32,000 nt of DNA, taken from contig NC_017039.1 of assembly GCF_000284455.1 (NCBI RefSeq), forward strand, positions 1,770,001-1,802,000, in the 5' to 3' direction. This DNA comes from Synechocystis sp. PCC 6803 substr. PCC-P. Lineage in GTDB: Bacteria; Cyanobacteriota; Cyanobacteriia; Cyanobacteriales; Microcystaceae. The notes beneath the pieces are model-generated. The model made no database searches. It was given only the letters and a program-made list of their open reading frames with translations, and had not been told where the DNA came from. The translations under genes and the position numbers were made by a program. Below, piece by piece: positions 30,878-32,000 of the stretch. Positions within the stretch are counted from its first letter, which is position 1, and each line of letters begins with the position of its first letter.

Positions 30878-31708
30878 ATGGGATTTTTCAAAGGCTTTAC
30901 TTATCCACTCCGCACATTCAAAATTCTACGTGAAAGTCCAGGCTTATTAGTTTATATTATTATTCCTTTAATTATTAATATTAGCTTAGGTATTTTACTT
31001 TATTGGCAACTATTAAATCTAGGTAATGATAGCGTCGATATACTGCGTAATTATGCCCACGATTGGATTGAAATTTTAAACCGACGCATTCCCAAAGTAC
31101 TGCCCTACATCTTGCCGGTGCTAAAATTTATCTTTTTTCTTTATATCTGGCTAATACGCTTACTATTGCTAGTTATTGCGGGATTTTTACTTTCCCAGGT
31201 GGGAGGATTATTAGGTTCTCCTTGGTATAGCATCTTGTCAGAAAAGCTGGAAACAAAACTCCTAGGTAAATTAGCCATTCAGGAAGTGGGATTGTTACAG
31301 GACATCAAACGAGCTTTAGCCTTTGAATTGAAAAAAATAGTTTTATTAATTACTTTTACCATCATCGGTTTTGCCACCAACCTTCTGCCTGCATTTGGTA
31401 CTCCCCTAGCTGCAGTAGTGGGCATTAGCTCCACATCTTTATTAACTTGCCTAGATTTTTTTGACCCTCCCCTCGAACGCCGTCGTCTCAAATTTCGTCG
31501 TAAGTTACTATTGATTTTTCAATCTCTCCCCCTGAGCGCTGGCTTTGCCCTAGCAAGTTTAGTTTGGGTCAGCATTCCTCTGGTTAATTTAGTAACTATT
31601 CCTTTTTGTGTGACCGCTGGTACCTTATTTTTCTGCGAAGAAATTTACCCCCGGTTTTTCCAAGTCCAAGAAGAAATGGAGGCGGAGGTAAACAAGGGGG
31701 CGAATTAA
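30878..31708 (+). CDS. EI24/CysZ-like membrane protein
   Basis: FFKGFTYPLRTFKILRESPGLLVYIIIPLIIN..., several TM helices, LTCLDFFDPPLERRRLKFRRKLLLI segment. ATG 30878 is 6 nt after the preceding stop. Confidence 0.75.
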   Translation: MGFFKGFTYPLRTFKILRESPGLLVYIIIPLIINISLGILLYWQLLNLGNDSVDILRNYAHDWIEILNRRIPKVLPYILPVLKFIFFLYIWLIRLLLLVIAGFLLSQVGGLLGSPWYSILSEKLETKLLGKLAIQEVGLLQDIKRALAFELKKIVLLITFTIIGFATNLLPAFGTPLAAVVGISSTSLLTCLDFFDPPLERRRLKFRRKLLLIFQSLPLSAGFALASLVWVSIPLVNLVTIPFCVTAGTLFFCEEIYPRFFQVQEEMEAEVNKGAN

Positions 31709-31769
31709 ATATTTATTTGCTAGTTCTTCTAGCTGATTTGATCATGATTTACCTAAGGAAAAAGAGTCC

Positions 31770-32000
31770 TTAAATTGCCCGAGAAAACATCTGTTGTTTG
31801 GATTTATTTTGTAGGTAAGTATCAAACACAGCGGCAATATTACGAATTAAAATTCGCCCCCGGGGGGTAACTTCCAAGCCATCCCCCAACCGACGGAGTA
31901 AACCATCCGCTTCCAGGACATCCAGGGCCGATAATTCCTTAGCAAAATAGTCGTTAAAATCACAGTCAAAGCCCAAATTATATTTGCTTTCTAATTCCTG
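31770..32000 (-). CDS. hemN: Oxygen-independent coproporphyrinogen III oxidase HemN, C-terminal part, 5' end outside the window
   Basis: Frame stays open to the window edge (QELESKYNLGFDCDFNDYFAKELSALDVLEADGLLRRLGDGLEVTPRGRILIRNIAAVFDTYL...). Confidence 0.8.
   Translation of the reverse strand, partial: QELESKYNLGFDCDFNDYFAKELSALDVLEADGLLRRLGDGLEVTPRGRILIRNIAAVFDTYLQNKSKQQMFSRAI

Overview
This is a dense cyanobacterial chromosomal window with about 20 protein genes. HIP1 palindromes (GGCGATCGCC) are frequent. Gene content and order match what I remember of Synechocystis sp. PCC 6803; that attribution and any locus tags are from memory, not from a search. Clear genes: partial lysozyme-like protein, hisF, FecR-domain protein, secreted TPR-CHAT protein, DUF928 protein, truncated cobN-like fragment, GAF/histidine kinase/receiver hybrid kinase, hfq, ComFB-domain protein, M48 metalloprotease, second histidine kinase, small RHH-like protein, PIN/TRAM protein, diheme cytochrome c, AMIN plus beta-barrel protein, der, acidic hypothetical, argJ, TPR protein, AGE-family epimerase, YjbQ family, DUF3685 response regulator, futC-like ABC ATPase, nucleoside-phosphorylase-like protein, EcfT/CbiQ-like protein, trpE/pabB-like protein, EI24/CysZ-like protein, and the 3' end of hemN. 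I saw no CRISPR array, rRNA, tRNA or intact transposase. The observations most worth follow-up are: (1) the exported FecR / CHAT-TPR / DUF928 neighbourhood (1485-5867), whose effector and regulator genes converge and overlap by 70 nt; (2) a kinase with a CBCR/phytochrome-like GAF that keeps a Cys at the usual chromophore position, next to hfq and comFB; (3) a CobN N-terminal fragment ending in a stop; (4) a 124-bp MITE-like element with TAA duplications; (5) an AMIN plus outer-membrane-barrel protein; (6) a chorismate-utilising enzyme with mixed TrpE/PabB motifs. None of these is proven to be a new system from sequence alone.
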